From an uncultured Actinomycetes bacterium (GTDB lineage: Bacteria; Actinomycetota; UBA4738; HRBIN12): 64,000 nt of DNA. Shown one piece after another: positions 9,972-19,317 of the stretch (position 1 is the first letter of the stretch; each line of letters opens with the position of its first letter). The stretch spans positions 729,820 through 793,819 of the forward strand of contig CAVZMG010000002.1 in NCBI GenBank assembly GCA_963776425.1. The letters are read 5' to 3'. The notes under the pieces are model-generated. The model saw only the letters and a list, made by a program, of their open reading frames with translations, made no database searches and was not told the origin of the DNA. The translations under genes were made by a program, and so were the position numbers.

Positions 9972-10817
9972 TCAGTCCCGGCGCGGCGGCCGGATGCCGC
10001 GGAACTCCCAGTCGCCGCCGAACGCGGTCGAGGTGACCTCTTCGGACGTGCTCGGTTGCGCGCCGACGTCGTCTCGGATCGGGACCGAACCCTCCACGAT
10101 CGTGTTGCGGAGCGTTCCCAGGCCATCGACCTCCACTTCGACGACGTCGCCCGGATCGACCGGCCGCGAGTTCGCCGGGGTGCCGCTCAGCAGGACATCG
10201 CCGGGGAGCAGCGTGATCGTGCGCGCGATGTCGGCGACGAGGTAGTGCATGTTCCAGATCATCTCGTCGGTGTTCCCGTCCTGAACCACGGCCCCGTTCA
10301 CGCGCGTCTGGATGCGCTTGCCGCGGAAGTCCCAGTCCGTGACGAGCCCGGGCCCCAGCGGGCAGAGCGTGTCCGAGCCCTTCACGCGAAGCATCGAACC
10401 GGCGTCGGTGTCGCGGAAGTCGTGGAGCCCGTAGTCGTTGGCGACCGTGTATCCCAGGATGTGTTCGCTCGCCTCTTCTGGCGCGATGTGCTTGGTCGGG
10501 GTCCCGATCACGATCGCGATCTCCCCCTCGTAGTTGAGGTACCGGCAACGTGGCGGACGAACGATCTCGCCGCCGTGCGCGTTCAACGATGAGATCGGCT
10601 TGTGGAAGTACGTCGGGGCGGCGCCGAGCGTCGCGCCGAACTCCGTCCTCCGGCTCTCGTAGTTGAGGTGCACGCAGACGATCTTCGTCGGCTGGACGGG
10701 CGGAAGGTGCTGCGCGTCGTCGACGCCGACGACCCGGCCATCCGGTGCGACGAGCTCGTCGCCGTCCCGCACGACCGTCGTGGGGATGCCGTCGAGCAGG
10801 ACCAGCCGGGTCTCCAT
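9972..10817 (-). CDS. Fumarylacetoacetate hydrolase family protein
   Basis: KIVCVHLNY, NYEGEIAIVIG, GYTVAND, KGSDTLCPLGP, PGDVLLSGTP. Confidence 0.92.
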   Translation of the reverse strand: METRLVLLDGIPTTVVRDGDELVAPDGRVVGVDDAQHLPPVQPTKIVCVHLNYESRRTEFGATLGAAPTYFHKPISSLNAHGGEIVRPPRCRYLNYEGEIAIVIGTPTKHIAPEEASEHILGYTVANDYGLHDFRDTDAGSMLRVKGSDTLCPLGPGLVTDWDFRGKRIQTRVNGAVVQDGNTDEMIWNMHYLVADIARTITLLPGDVLLSGTPANSRPVDPGDVVEVEVDGLGTLRNTIVEGSVPIRDDVGAQPSTSEEVTSTAFGGDWEFRGIRPPRRD

Positions 10818-10837
10818 GGGCCGCTAGTATGGCGCGC
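10818..10837. promoter_or_regulatory. Putative overlapping divergent -10 elements (TAGTAT + / CATACT -) for two leaderless genes
   Basis: 20-bp gap between ATG 10817(-) and GTG 10838(+); each hexamer lies 7-8 nt from a start codon. Confidence 0.5.
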
Positions 10838-11626
10838 GTGTCGGGACTGAGCGGGTTCATGGCGCCGCGGACGCCACAGGGTCGCGCCTCGATCGTGCCC
10901 AGCCCGCCGTGGCACTACTCGGGCGACGTCCTCACGATCGAGTACCGCACGGATCCGGCGAACGTCGCCGCGCTGCTTCCCGACGACGTCGAGCCCGCCC
11001 ACGAGGACCCCGGCGCCGTCGCGATCATCTGGGCCGACTGGCAATCGTGTAGCGACGGCGGCGAGGAGCTGCTCGACCCGGTGCGCTCCCAATACAAGGA
11101 ATGCTTCGTCGTCGTGCGTTGTCGCTTCCAGGGTGAGACCTACTCCCGCTGCGTGTACATCTGGGTCGACAAGGACTTCGCGCTCGCGCGGGGCTGGTAC
11201 CAGGGATACCCGAAGAAGCTCGGCTCGATCTGGATGACTCGGCCAGTGACGGTGGGTCGGGCCGGACCGCGGTTGGCGCCGGGCGCCCGGTTCGGCGCCA
11301 CGCTGCAGGCGAACGATCGCCGGCTGGCGGAGGTCACACTGACGCTCTCAGGGGCATCGGAGAGCGGCGGGTTCGTGAACGCGCTGCCGATGCTCCACTC
11401 GCGATGGATGCCGGATATCGACCCGAGCCGTCCGGATGCGCTCGCGGAGCTGGTGACGATGCGGTCGCAGGACGTGGAGCTGGGGCCGGCCTTCACCGGT
11501 GAACCCACGGTGACGTTGTTCGAGGCGCCGGGCGACGAGCTCGCCGCGCTCGTGCCGACCGAGATGATCGCCGGATACTGGCGACAGGTCGGAGCGACGT
11601 TCGCCGGCGGGTCGAAGCTCGCCTGA
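10838..11626 (+). CDS. Acetoacetate decarboxylase-family (ADC-like) protein
   Basis: PSPPWHYSG, QYKECF, YIWVDKDFALARGWYQGYPKKLG (Schiff-base Lys motif). Confidence 0.88.
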   Translation: MSGLSGFMAPRTPQGRASIVPSPPWHYSGDVLTIEYRTDPANVAALLPDDVEPAHEDPGAVAIIWADWQSCSDGGEELLDPVRSQYKECFVVVRCRFQGETYSRCVYIWVDKDFALARGWYQGYPKKLGSIWMTRPVTVGRAGPRLAPGARFGATLQANDRRLAEVTLTLSGASESGGFVNALPMLHSRWMPDIDPSRPDALAELVTMRSQDVELGPAFTGEPTVTLFEAPGDELAALVPTEMIAGYWRQVGATFAGGSKLA

Positions 11627-11656
11627 CGGGGTCTGTGCGGTAGCCTCGGGGCCGTC

Positions 11657-12418
11657 ATGAGGTTGGTCCGTTTCCGTTTCGGTGATCGCATCGCCACCGG
11701 TGCTGTGGACGTAGGGTCCGACGACGTCCGGATCCTGCAAGGCACGTTCTTCGAGGACCCGCTCCCGACCGGAGAGGTGGTGCCGCTCGACGACGTCCGC
11801 CTCTTGGCGCCCGTGCTGCCCTCCAAGCTCGTCTGCGTCGGGAAGAACTACGCGGCCCACGCCGCGGAGTTCGGGATGGAGGTCCCCGAAGAGCCACTGC
11901 TGTTCCTGAAGCCCTCGACCGCGGTGATCGGCCCGGGCGACCCGATCCAGCTGCTGCCGATCAGCAAGCGTGTGGACTACGAGGGAGAGCTCGCGGTCGT
12001 GATCGGCCGGCTCGCTAAGAACGTTCGCACCGAAGACGCCTACCGCTACATCCTGGGCTACACGTGCGCGAACGACGTCACGCTCCGCGACCTGCAGCGC
12101 ATGGACGACCAGTGGGCACGGGCCAAGGGGTTCGACGGATCCTGTCCGCTCGGGCCGTGGATCCAGACCGAGCTCGATCCGAACGACGTGCGGGTCGAGA
12201 CACGGGTGAACGGCGATATCCGCCAGGCCGGGCAGACCTCGGACATGGTGTTCGGCGTCGCGACGCTCGTCGAGTACATCACCGCGTTCATGACGCTCCT
12301 GCCGGGGGACGTGATCCTGACCGGCACGCCGGAAGGCGTGGGCCGGTTGGAGACCGACGACATCGTCGAGGTCGAGGTCGACGGTGTGGGCACCCTCACG
12401 AACCCCGTCGCGGGATGA
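11657..12418 (+). CDS. Fumarylacetoacetate hydrolase family protein (conserved upstream of gltX)
   Basis: KLVCVGKNYAAH, FLKPST, DYEGELAVVIG, RAKGFD, PGDVILTGTP. Confidence 0.93.
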   Translation: MRLVRFRFGDRIATGAVDVGSDDVRILQGTFFEDPLPTGEVVPLDDVRLLAPVLPSKLVCVGKNYAAHAAEFGMEVPEEPLLFLKPSTAVIGPGDPIQLLPISKRVDYEGELAVVIGRLAKNVRTEDAYRYILGYTCANDVTLRDLQRMDDQWARAKGFDGSCPLGPWIQTELDPNDVRVETRVNGDIRQAGQTSDMVFGVATLVEYITAFMTLLPGDVILTGTPEGVGRLETDDIVEVEVDGVGTLTNPVAG

Positions 12419-13851
12419 CCATGGCCGACGCGGCCGTCCGCTGCCGGTTCGCCCCCGCGCCGTCGGGCTCGATCCACGTGGGGAACGCGCGTTCCGCGCT
12501 GTTCAGCTGGGCGTTCGCCCGGCATCACGGGGGCGCGTTCGTGCTCCGCGTCGAGGACACGGACGCGAGCCGCGTCAGCGAAGAGGCATATCACGGCGTG
12601 ATCGAGTCGCTCCGCTGGCTCGGCCTGGACTGGGACGAAGGTCCCGACGTCGGTGGCCCGCACGGTCCGTACCGACAGTCGCAGCGGGGTGATCTCTATC
12701 GCGAGCATGTCGACCGGCTGATCGGCGATGGACACGCGTACCGGTGCTACTGCACGCCCGAGGAGCTCGAGCAGCGCCGGGAGGCGGCGAAGTCTCGCGG
12801 CGAGGCGCCCGGGTACGACGGACGCTGCCGGACTCTCACCGACGACGAGCGAGGCGTGTTCGAGGCGGAAGGCCGCGAGTACGTCGTTCGCTTCGCGATG
12901 CCGCAACGCGACTGGATCGTCGATGACCTGGTGAAAGGATCGGTGCACTTCCCCGAAGGGCAGCTCCACGACTTCGTGCTGGTGCGTTCGGATGGCTCTC
13001 CCGTCTTCCTGCTCGCCGTCGCCGTCGACGACCTACTGATGGGGATCACCCATGTCGTGCGCGGGGACGATCTGCTCGCGAGCGCCCCGCGCAACGCCGC
13101 CGTGATCGAGGCGCTCGGCGGGACCGCGCCTCGCTACGCTCACCTCCCGCAGGTGCTCGGGATGGATGGCAAGCCCCTTTCGAAGCGCCACGGCTCGACG
13201 TCGATCGAAGCCTTCCGCGAGCAAGGGTTCCTCCCCGAGGCCCTGATGAACTACTTGGCGTTGCTCGGGTGGTCCCCCGACGGATCCACGACGTTCCTCT
13301 CGCGCGACGAGCTGATCGACTCGTTCGAGCTGACGCGGGTCTCGAGCAACCCGGCAGCGTTCGACACGCAGAAGCTCGCGTGGATGAACAACCACTACAT
13401 CCAGTCCCTGGGCGACGACGAACTGGCCGCCCGTTGCCTGCACTTCCTCAGCGAAGCCGGCCTGCTGCCGGACCCGGTCTTGCTGCGGTCGGCCATGCCC
13501 CTCGTCCGGGAACGGATGAAGACCCTGACGGAATCCGTCGACCTCCTGCGGTTCCTGTTCACCGACGACATCGTGCCGAACGAGAAGGCGGCCGCGATCA
13601 TCGCCAAGGCGCCGGCGGGCTACCTGACGCGCGCGGCCGACCTCCTGAAGGTGATCGAACCGTGGGTCCACGACGCGATCGTCGACGCACTCGACGAGCT
13701 GGCTGCGTCGGCGGAGCTCAACCGGACCAAAGGGTGGCAGCCCGTCCGAGCTGCGGTGACCGGTTCGAACGTCTCGCCGCCCCTCCCAGGATCGCTCGAG
13801 CTGCTGGGCCAAGAGACGACCCTCGCCCGGCTCCACGCGGCTTCGGGATGA
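12415..13851 (+). CDS. gltX: Glutamate--tRNA ligase
   Basis: RFAPAPSGSIHVGN (HIGH), LRVEDTD, AYRCYCT, KPLSKR (KMSKS). Confidence 0.96.
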   Translation: MTMADAAVRCRFAPAPSGSIHVGNARSALFSWAFARHHGGAFVLRVEDTDASRVSEEAYHGVIESLRWLGLDWDEGPDVGGPHGPYRQSQRGDLYREHVDRLIGDGHAYRCYCTPEELEQRREAAKSRGEAPGYDGRCRTLTDDERGVFEAEGREYVVRFAMPQRDWIVDDLVKGSVHFPEGQLHDFVLVRSDGSPVFLLAVAVDDLLMGITHVVRGDDLLASAPRNAAVIEALGGTAPRYAHLPQVLGMDGKPLSKRHGSTSIEAFREQGFLPEALMNYLALLGWSPDGSTTFLSRDELIDSFELTRVSSNPAAFDTQKLAWMNNHYIQSLGDDELAARCLHFLSEAGLLPDPVLLRSAMPLVRERMKTLTESVDLLRFLFTDDIVPNEKAAAIIAKAPAGYLTRAADLLKVIEPWVHDAIVDALDELAASAELNRTKGWQPVRAAVTGSNVSPPLPGSLELLGQETTLARLHAASG

Positions 13852-14564
13852 GACGAACGCCCGTCGCCGTCGCGATCGCCGCGATAGCGGTCTGTTCGAT
13901 GGGTTCGCCGGTCGCTCACGCGATGCCCACGCACCGCGGCACGGTGGCACGCCCGCCGATCGTCTGGAGACCGATCCCGTTCGGACACCGTCGCCGGCAG
14001 GAGATGGGGGCCTACTCGCGCCGACACTACGGGCACTGGACCTGGCGGCTGACCGACCCGAAGGTCATCGTCGAGCACTACACGGACGGATCCACGTTCG
14101 CGGGCGCCTGGGCGACGTTCGCGGCGAACGGCCTGCACATGGGGGAGCTGCCCGGCGTCTGCGCCCATTTCGTGATCGACACCGACGGCACCATCTACCA
14201 GCTGGTGAACCTGCATGTGCGCTGCCGGCACGCGATCGGTATGAACTGGACCGCGATCGGGATCGAGCATGTCGGGACGAGCGACGGCCAGATCCTGTCG
14301 GATCCGGCCATGATGCGAGCATCGCTGCATCTCACGCTCTGGCTGATGGCGCGCTTCCACATCCAGGCCCGCAACGTGATCGGCCACGCCGAGACGCTGA
14401 TGAGCCCATACCATCGGGAGGCGTATCCGGCGTGGCGATGTCTCACCCACGCGGACTGGCAGCACCCGGACATGCAGACCTACCGCGAACGTCTGCGAGC
14501 CCTCGCGCGGCATCACCTGGTCCCGGTCGGACCGGCGCCGGCGTGGGTGGACCCGCACTGCTGA
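13848..14564 (+). CDS. Secreted N-acetylmuramoyl-L-alanine amidase (Amidase_2)
   Basis: Signal peptide; IVEHYT, AHFVIDTDGTIYQLV, AIGIEHVG, VIGH. Confidence 0.88.
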   Translation: MRRTPVAVAIAAIAVCSMGSPVAHAMPTHRGTVARPPIVWRPIPFGHRRRQEMGAYSRRHYGHWTWRLTDPKVIVEHYTDGSTFAGAWATFAANGLHMGELPGVCAHFVIDTDGTIYQLVNLHVRCRHAIGMNWTAIGIEHVGTSDGQILSDPAMMRASLHLTLWLMARFHIQARNVIGHAETLMSPYHREAYPAWRCLTHADWQHPDMQTYRERLRALARHHLVPVGPAPAWVDPHC

Positions 14565-14643
14565 AGTCGTCGGCCGCGTCGGTCGTTCGTCTTCACCCGT
14601 TCAGGCGATGCATCGGTTCCTTGCCCCGATTACCATGCGCGTC

Positions 14644-15963
14644 GTGCGCCTGCTGGGGTTGCGGGACTTCCGGTTGCTGGTCATCTCCAACGGGTTGTCG
14701 TCGCTCGGCGACGAGCTCGCGCTGATCGCGCTCACGATCAAGGTCTTCGACGTGAGCCACGGTTCGGGGATCGCCGTGGCGGCCGTGCTGCTGGCCGGCA
14801 TCGTCCCCCTCGTCGTCTTCGCGCCACTCTCCGGGTTGATCGTGGACCGGACCGAGACCACCGGCACGCTCGCCGTCGCCTCCGCGATCCAGGCGGGGAT
14901 CGCCGTCGCCCTCGCCTACGCGCATCCCGTCTGGTTGATCGTGCTCCTGTGCTTCCTGCTCGGATCGGTCGCATCGGTGGCTTCACCGGCGGTGTTCGCG
15001 ATCGTCCCCAGCGCCGTGGACGAGGAGGATCTGACCCAGGCGAACGCCAACATGGAGACCGCCCGCTACATCGGGATGGTGCTCGGACCGATCCTTGCCG
15101 TCGCGTTCGGCCAGGGCGCGTTGCTGGTCGACGCGATCACGTTCCTGGTGATCACCGTCGCGGCCTCCTCGCTCACCGTGCGGCGCCCACCCGAGCCGGC
15201 CCCTGAGGGCGGCCGCCCCAAGGGGGAGGCACGGCAGGGCTTCGCGTTCATCCGCCGGGACCGCGTGCTCCTGATCGGGGTCGCCGCGATCTCGTTCGCC
15301 GTGTTCTTCGGAACGATCGACAGCGTGGCCGAGGTGTTCTTCGCACGGGACCCGGCGCTGCTCGACGCCGGCAACTGGGGGTACGGAGGACTCGCCGCCG
15401 CCTGGCTGATCGGGATGGTGATCGGCGCCGGCGGGATCTCTCGCCGGGTCCCGGACGACCGGCTCGCGCCCTCGCTCCTGGTGGCGACGGTCGGAGGGGG
15501 GACCGCCGTCGCCATCGCCGCCGGGTTCCCCGCGATCGGTTTGGCGCTCGTGATGTTCGTCTTCGGGGGGATGGCGAACGGGGTGGCGAGCGTGTCGATC
15601 CGCAGCTTGATCCATCACCGCGTCCCCGGTGACCTGCGTGGCAGGACGTTCGCGGCGTTCTTCGCGCTGGCGTTCGCCGGGCAGGTGGCCGCAACCGCTC
15701 TGGGCGGCGTGCTCCTGGCCACGCTCCCGAGCTCTCAGGACGTCCTGTTGATCGGCGGTCTGGGGAGCATCGTGGTGGGGTTGATCGGTCTCGGGTGGTT
15801 CCTCTCGCTCTCGCCCGATAGCCGCGATCCGATCGTCGTGGTCGTCCCGGACGCAGTGGTCGAGCCCAGGTCCGAGGTCGTCGTGGTCCGCGACATCACA
15901 GCGGCGGAAGTTGGCGAACCGGAGTCGGCCCGGGTCCTTCCCTCCGGCGAGCCGTCGGCTTAG
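14644..15963 (+). CDS. MFS transporter
   Basis: RDFRLL start, ~12 hydrophobic segments, GLIVDR, VPGDLRGR; alternative start ATG 14635. Confidence 0.9.
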   Translation: MRLLGLRDFRLLVISNGLSSLGDELALIALTIKVFDVSHGSGIAVAAVLLAGIVPLVVFAPLSGLIVDRTETTGTLAVASAIQAGIAVALAYAHPVWLIVLLCFLLGSVASVASPAVFAIVPSAVDEEDLTQANANMETARYIGMVLGPILAVAFGQGALLVDAITFLVITVAASSLTVRRPPEPAPEGGRPKGEARQGFAFIRRDRVLLIGVAAISFAVFFGTIDSVAEVFFARDPALLDAGNWGYGGLAAAWLIGMVIGAGGISRRVPDDRLAPSLLVATVGGGTAVAIAAGFPAIGLALVMFVFGGMANGVASVSIRSLIHHRVPGDLRGRTFAAFFALAFAGQVAATALGGVLLATLPSSQDVLLIGGLGSIVVGLIGLGWFLSLSPDSRDPIVVVVPDAVVEPRSEVVVVRDITAAEVGEPESARVLPSGEPSA

Positions 15964-16002
15964 CATCGGGCGACGGCCCGGGGCAGATATGAGGGGGGCC
16001 AG

Positions 16003-16218
16003 ATGGCGAAGCTGCTGAACCTGCCGGAGCGCAAGGACGTCGACGGCGAGTGGCATCAAGTGATGCGCGACGTCTGTTACTGGTGCGGGTGCCGCTACCT
16101 CTACGCGGAGGACGATCACGATCTGGTCTGGGAACCCGGCACGGAGCGCCAGAAGGAATGCTCGGACGATCAGTGCGAGTGCCACACGAACCCGGTGATC
16201 GGCTCACATCGAGACTGA
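16003..16218 (+). CDS. Small Cys/His-rich hypothetical protein (putative Zn-binding)
   Basis: GAGGGGGG RBS; CYWC...CSDDQCECH; GC3-rich codon usage. Confidence 0.7.
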   Translation: MAKLLNLPERKDVDGEWHQVMRDVCYWCGCRYLYAEDDHDLVWEPGTERQKECSDDQCECHTNPVIGSHRD

Positions 16219-16232
16219 CGGAAACGGTCCGG

Positions 16233-16305
16233 TAGTCCCAACGGGGTTCGAACCCGTGTCTCTACCTTGAGAGGGTAGTGTCCTAGGCCACTAGACGATG
16301 GGACC
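16233..16305 (-). tRNA. tRNA-Glu (CTC)
   Basis: GGTCCCATCGTCTAGTGGCCTAGGACACTACC-CT CTC AA-GGTAGAGACACGGGTTCGAACCCCGTTGGGACTA; full CCA not encoded. Confidence 0.96.
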
Positions 16306-16361
16306 GCACGACCTGGACGGGTCGCGAAGCAGTGTAGCAACGTCGTCTCGCAGGTCAGGCC

Positions 16362-17144
16362 TTATCGGGAGTGCGTGAGCTCGACGAGCTGCTGCGCGCC
16401 GTAGAGCAGCGCCACGAGGCCGAGGAAGCTGCCCACCAGGAGCCTGAGGGTTCGCTCCTTCGTACCGAGCGCGATCGTCGCCCCGATCCGTGCGCCCGGG
16501 ATGGCGCCGAGCGCCAGGAACAGCGCTGCCGGCCAGTGGATGTGGCCGAGCGCGGCATGCACGATCGTCCCGGGGATCACGAGCACCACCACGGCGACGA
16601 GCGAGGTCCCGAGCGCGCGCTTGAGCGGCATGCCCAGCATCCCCGCGAGCACCGGCACGATGATCACGCCGCCGCCGATCCCCAGCAGCCCCGAGAGGAG
16701 GCCGGCGCCGATCCCCACCAGGACCAGCGTGCTTGAGGCGATGGGCCCTTCGCTGCGGGCTTCGGTCCGGGCGCTGCCGCGGAGGATCTCGAACGACTGC
16801 CACGCCAGCAGACCCGCCGTCGCCACCAAGAGGAGCCGAGCGTCGATGACCTGGGTCGCCGCCGCACCCAGGACGGCGGCCACGGCGCCCGGCACGGAGA
16901 TCAGCCCTGCGGCGCGCAGGTCCACCTCGCCGGCGCGGCGGTACGTGTACGCGCCCACCATCGCGGTGGGCAGGATGACGGGGAGCGGGGTCGCCACGGC
17001 CACGATCGGGGCCAGACCGCCGAGCGCCGTGAGACCAGGGGTCATCGCGATCCCGCCACCGACCCCGAACAGGCCGGACAGGATTCCCGCGACGAGGCCA
17101 ACGGCGACGGTGAGGGCGGCCTCGAGGGGGGTCACGACGCCCAT
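16362..17144 (-). CDS. TauE/SafE (TSUP) family permease
   Basis: Duplicated GILSGLFGVGGG / GLLSGLLGIGGG motifs, ALGTSL. Confidence 0.9.
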   Translation of the reverse strand: MGVVTPLEAALTVAVGLVAGILSGLFGVGGGIAMTPGLTALGGLAPIVAVATPLPVILPTAMVGAYTYRRAGEVDLRAAGLISVPGAVAAVLGAAATQVIDARLLLVATAGLLAWQSFEILRGSARTEARSEGPIASSTLVLVGIGAGLLSGLLGIGGGVIIVPVLAGMLGMPLKRALGTSLVAVVVLVIPGTIVHAALGHIHWPAALFLALGAIPGARIGATIALGTKERTLRLLVGSFLGLVALLYGAQQLVELTHSR

Positions 17145-17232
17145 CTTCCACGAACGGATAGGCCCTCGCGCGGGCAGGGGAGGGTGAAGTACGATTCCCT
17201 TCCCGAGCAACCTGATGGAGGGTGCTTCCCCG

Positions 17233-19317
17233 ATGGCGACCGAGTTGTCCGCACCGGTAACCAGCGCGATGGGTTCGCCGCGGTCGGACCGCTACGCGAA
17301 CCGCGAGCTGTCCTGGCTGGACTTCGACGCGCGCGTGCTCGCGCTAGCCGAGGACAACGACCGGCCGCTGCTCGAGCGGGTGAAGTTCCTGGCCATCTTC
17401 AGCAAGAACCTCGACGAGTTCTTCCAGATCCGGGTCGCTGGGCTGAAGGAGCAGTTGTCGGTCGGTCTGCCGACCACGTCGCCGGACGGGATGACGGTTC
17501 GCGAGCAGCTCGACGCGATCCGCGAACGCGTCCGGCTGTTGATGACCCGGCAGCACCAGATCTGGGCCAAGAGCGTCAAGCCCCGATTGGACGCCGCCGG
17601 GATCAGCGTCCTGGAATGGGACGACATGGGGGACGACGACCGGGTCCATCTCCGCCAGACGTTCGAGCGCCGCGTGTTCCCGATCCTCACGCCGCTGTCC
17701 GTCGACCCCGCGCACCCGTTCCCGTACATCTCCGATCTGTCGCTGAACCTCGCCGTCGTCGTCCGCGATCCGTCGACGCAGATCCGGCGGTTCGCACGGG
17801 TGAAGGTGCCACCCAACATCCCGCGGTTCCTTCCGCTCCCCGACGGCGAGCGGTTCATCGCGCAGGAAGAGGTGATCGCGGCCAACCTCGACATGCTCTT
17901 CCCGGGGATGGAGATCCTCGCGGTGCACCCGTTCCGGGTCACCCGTGACCTCGACCTCGATCTGGAGATCGAGGAGGCCGATGATCTACTCGCGGCGCTC
18001 GAGTCCGTGCTGCGGCTGCGTGAGCGTTCGCCCGAGGCGGTCCGGCTCGAGGTCCACCGGTCCATGCCGAAGGCCGTTCGCACGCTGATCGAGGAGGAGC
18101 TCCACGTGGAGCCCTCCGACGTCTACGTGACGAAGTCGACGCTCGGGTTGGGCGACCTCTGGGAACTCTCGATGCTCGATCGACCGGATCTGCAGGAGGA
18201 GCGTTGGGCAGGCGTGACGCAGGCGCGCCTGCAGCCGGTCGCGAACGGGCACATGGACATCTTCCGTGCGATCCGCGAGGGCGGCGACATGCTGGTTCAC
18301 CATCCGTACGACTCGTTCGCGACCTCGGTCGAGTTGTTCGTCGAGCAGGCCGCGCGCGATCCCTCCGTCCTTGCCATCAAGCAGACGCTGTATCGAACGT
18401 CGGGGAAGGACAGTCCCATCGTCCGATCGCTGATCCGCGCGGCGGAGGCCGGCAAGCAGACCGTGGCCCTCGTCGAGCTCACCGCTCGCTTCGATGAAGA
18501 GACGAACATCACCTGGGCGAGACTGCTGGAGCAGGCCGGCGTCCACGTCGTGTACGGCGTGGTGGGATTGAAGACCCACGCGAAGTGCTCGCTCGTGGTG
18601 CGTGACGAAGGTGACGAGATCCGTCGCTACTGTCACGTCGGCACCGGCAACTACCACCCGGTCACGGCGACGCTGTACGAGGACCTCGGTCTGTTGACCG
18701 ACGACGCGGAGATCACCGCCGACGTGGCCGACCTGTTCAATTACTTGACGGGGTACAGCCAACAGCAGGCGTATCGGCGGATCCTGGTGGCGCCCATCAG
18801 CTTGCGTTCCCGTCTCCTCCAGCTGATCAGGGACGAGGCCGAGGCCCCCGACGGGAAGATCGTGATGAAGATGAACAGCCTGGTCGACAGCGAGATGATC
18901 GACGCGCTGTATGCGGCCTCCCAGGCAGGCGTGGAGATCGACCTCATCGTGCGGGGGATCTGCTGCCTCCGCCCGGGGGTGCCCGGTGTCTCCGACACCA
19001 TCCGGGTCCGCTCGATCGTTGGGCGCTACCTGGAGCACTCGCGGATCTTCCGGTTCGGGAGCGAGCGACGTGGCGTCCGCGCGTTCATCGGTTCCGCCGA
19101 CCTCATGCCGCGCAACCTCGATCATCGCGTGGAGTGCCTCACCGAGGTGCTCGACGAAGAGCTCAAGGCGCGCTTGGACGAGATCCTTGCGGTGAACCTG
19201 GAGGATGACGTCCTCGCTTGGGAGCTCCGCCAGGACCGGTGGTTGAAGGTCCCTCCGGCACGCGGTGTCGCGTCACAGACGGTCCTGCAACGGCTGGCCG
19301 AGGGCTGGGCGAGCTGA
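17233..19317 (+). CDS. ppk: Polyphosphate kinase 1
   Basis: NRELSWLDF, NLDEFF, HPFPYIS, HHPYDSF, KQTLYRT, ARFDE, LKTHAK, RYLEHSR. Confidence 0.97.
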   Translation: MATELSAPVTSAMGSPRSDRYANRELSWLDFDARVLALAEDNDRPLLERVKFLAIFSKNLDEFFQIRVAGLKEQLSVGLPTTSPDGMTVREQLDAIRERVRLLMTRQHQIWAKSVKPRLDAAGISVLEWDDMGDDDRVHLRQTFERRVFPILTPLSVDPAHPFPYISDLSLNLAVVVRDPSTQIRRFARVKVPPNIPRFLPLPDGERFIAQEEVIAANLDMLFPGMEILAVHPFRVTRDLDLDLEIEEADDLLAALESVLRLRERSPEAVRLEVHRSMPKAVRTLIEEELHVEPSDVYVTKSTLGLGDLWELSMLDRPDLQEERWAGVTQARLQPVANGHMDIFRAIREGGDMLVHHPYDSFATSVELFVEQAARDPSVLAIKQTLYRTSGKDSPIVRSLIRAAEAGKQTVALVELTARFDEETNITWARLLEQAGVHVVYGVVGLKTHAKCSLVVRDEGDEIRRYCHVGTGNYHPVTATLYEDLGLLTDDAEITADVADLFNYLTGYSQQQAYRRILVAPISLRSRLLQLIRDEAEAPDGKIVMKMNSLVDSEMIDALYAASQAGVEIDLIVRGICCLRPGVPGVSDTIRVRSIVGRYLEHSRIFRFGSERRGVRAFIGSADLMPRNLDHRVECLTEVLDEELKARLDEILAVNLEDDVLAWELRQDRWLKVPPARGVASQTVLQRLAEGWAS

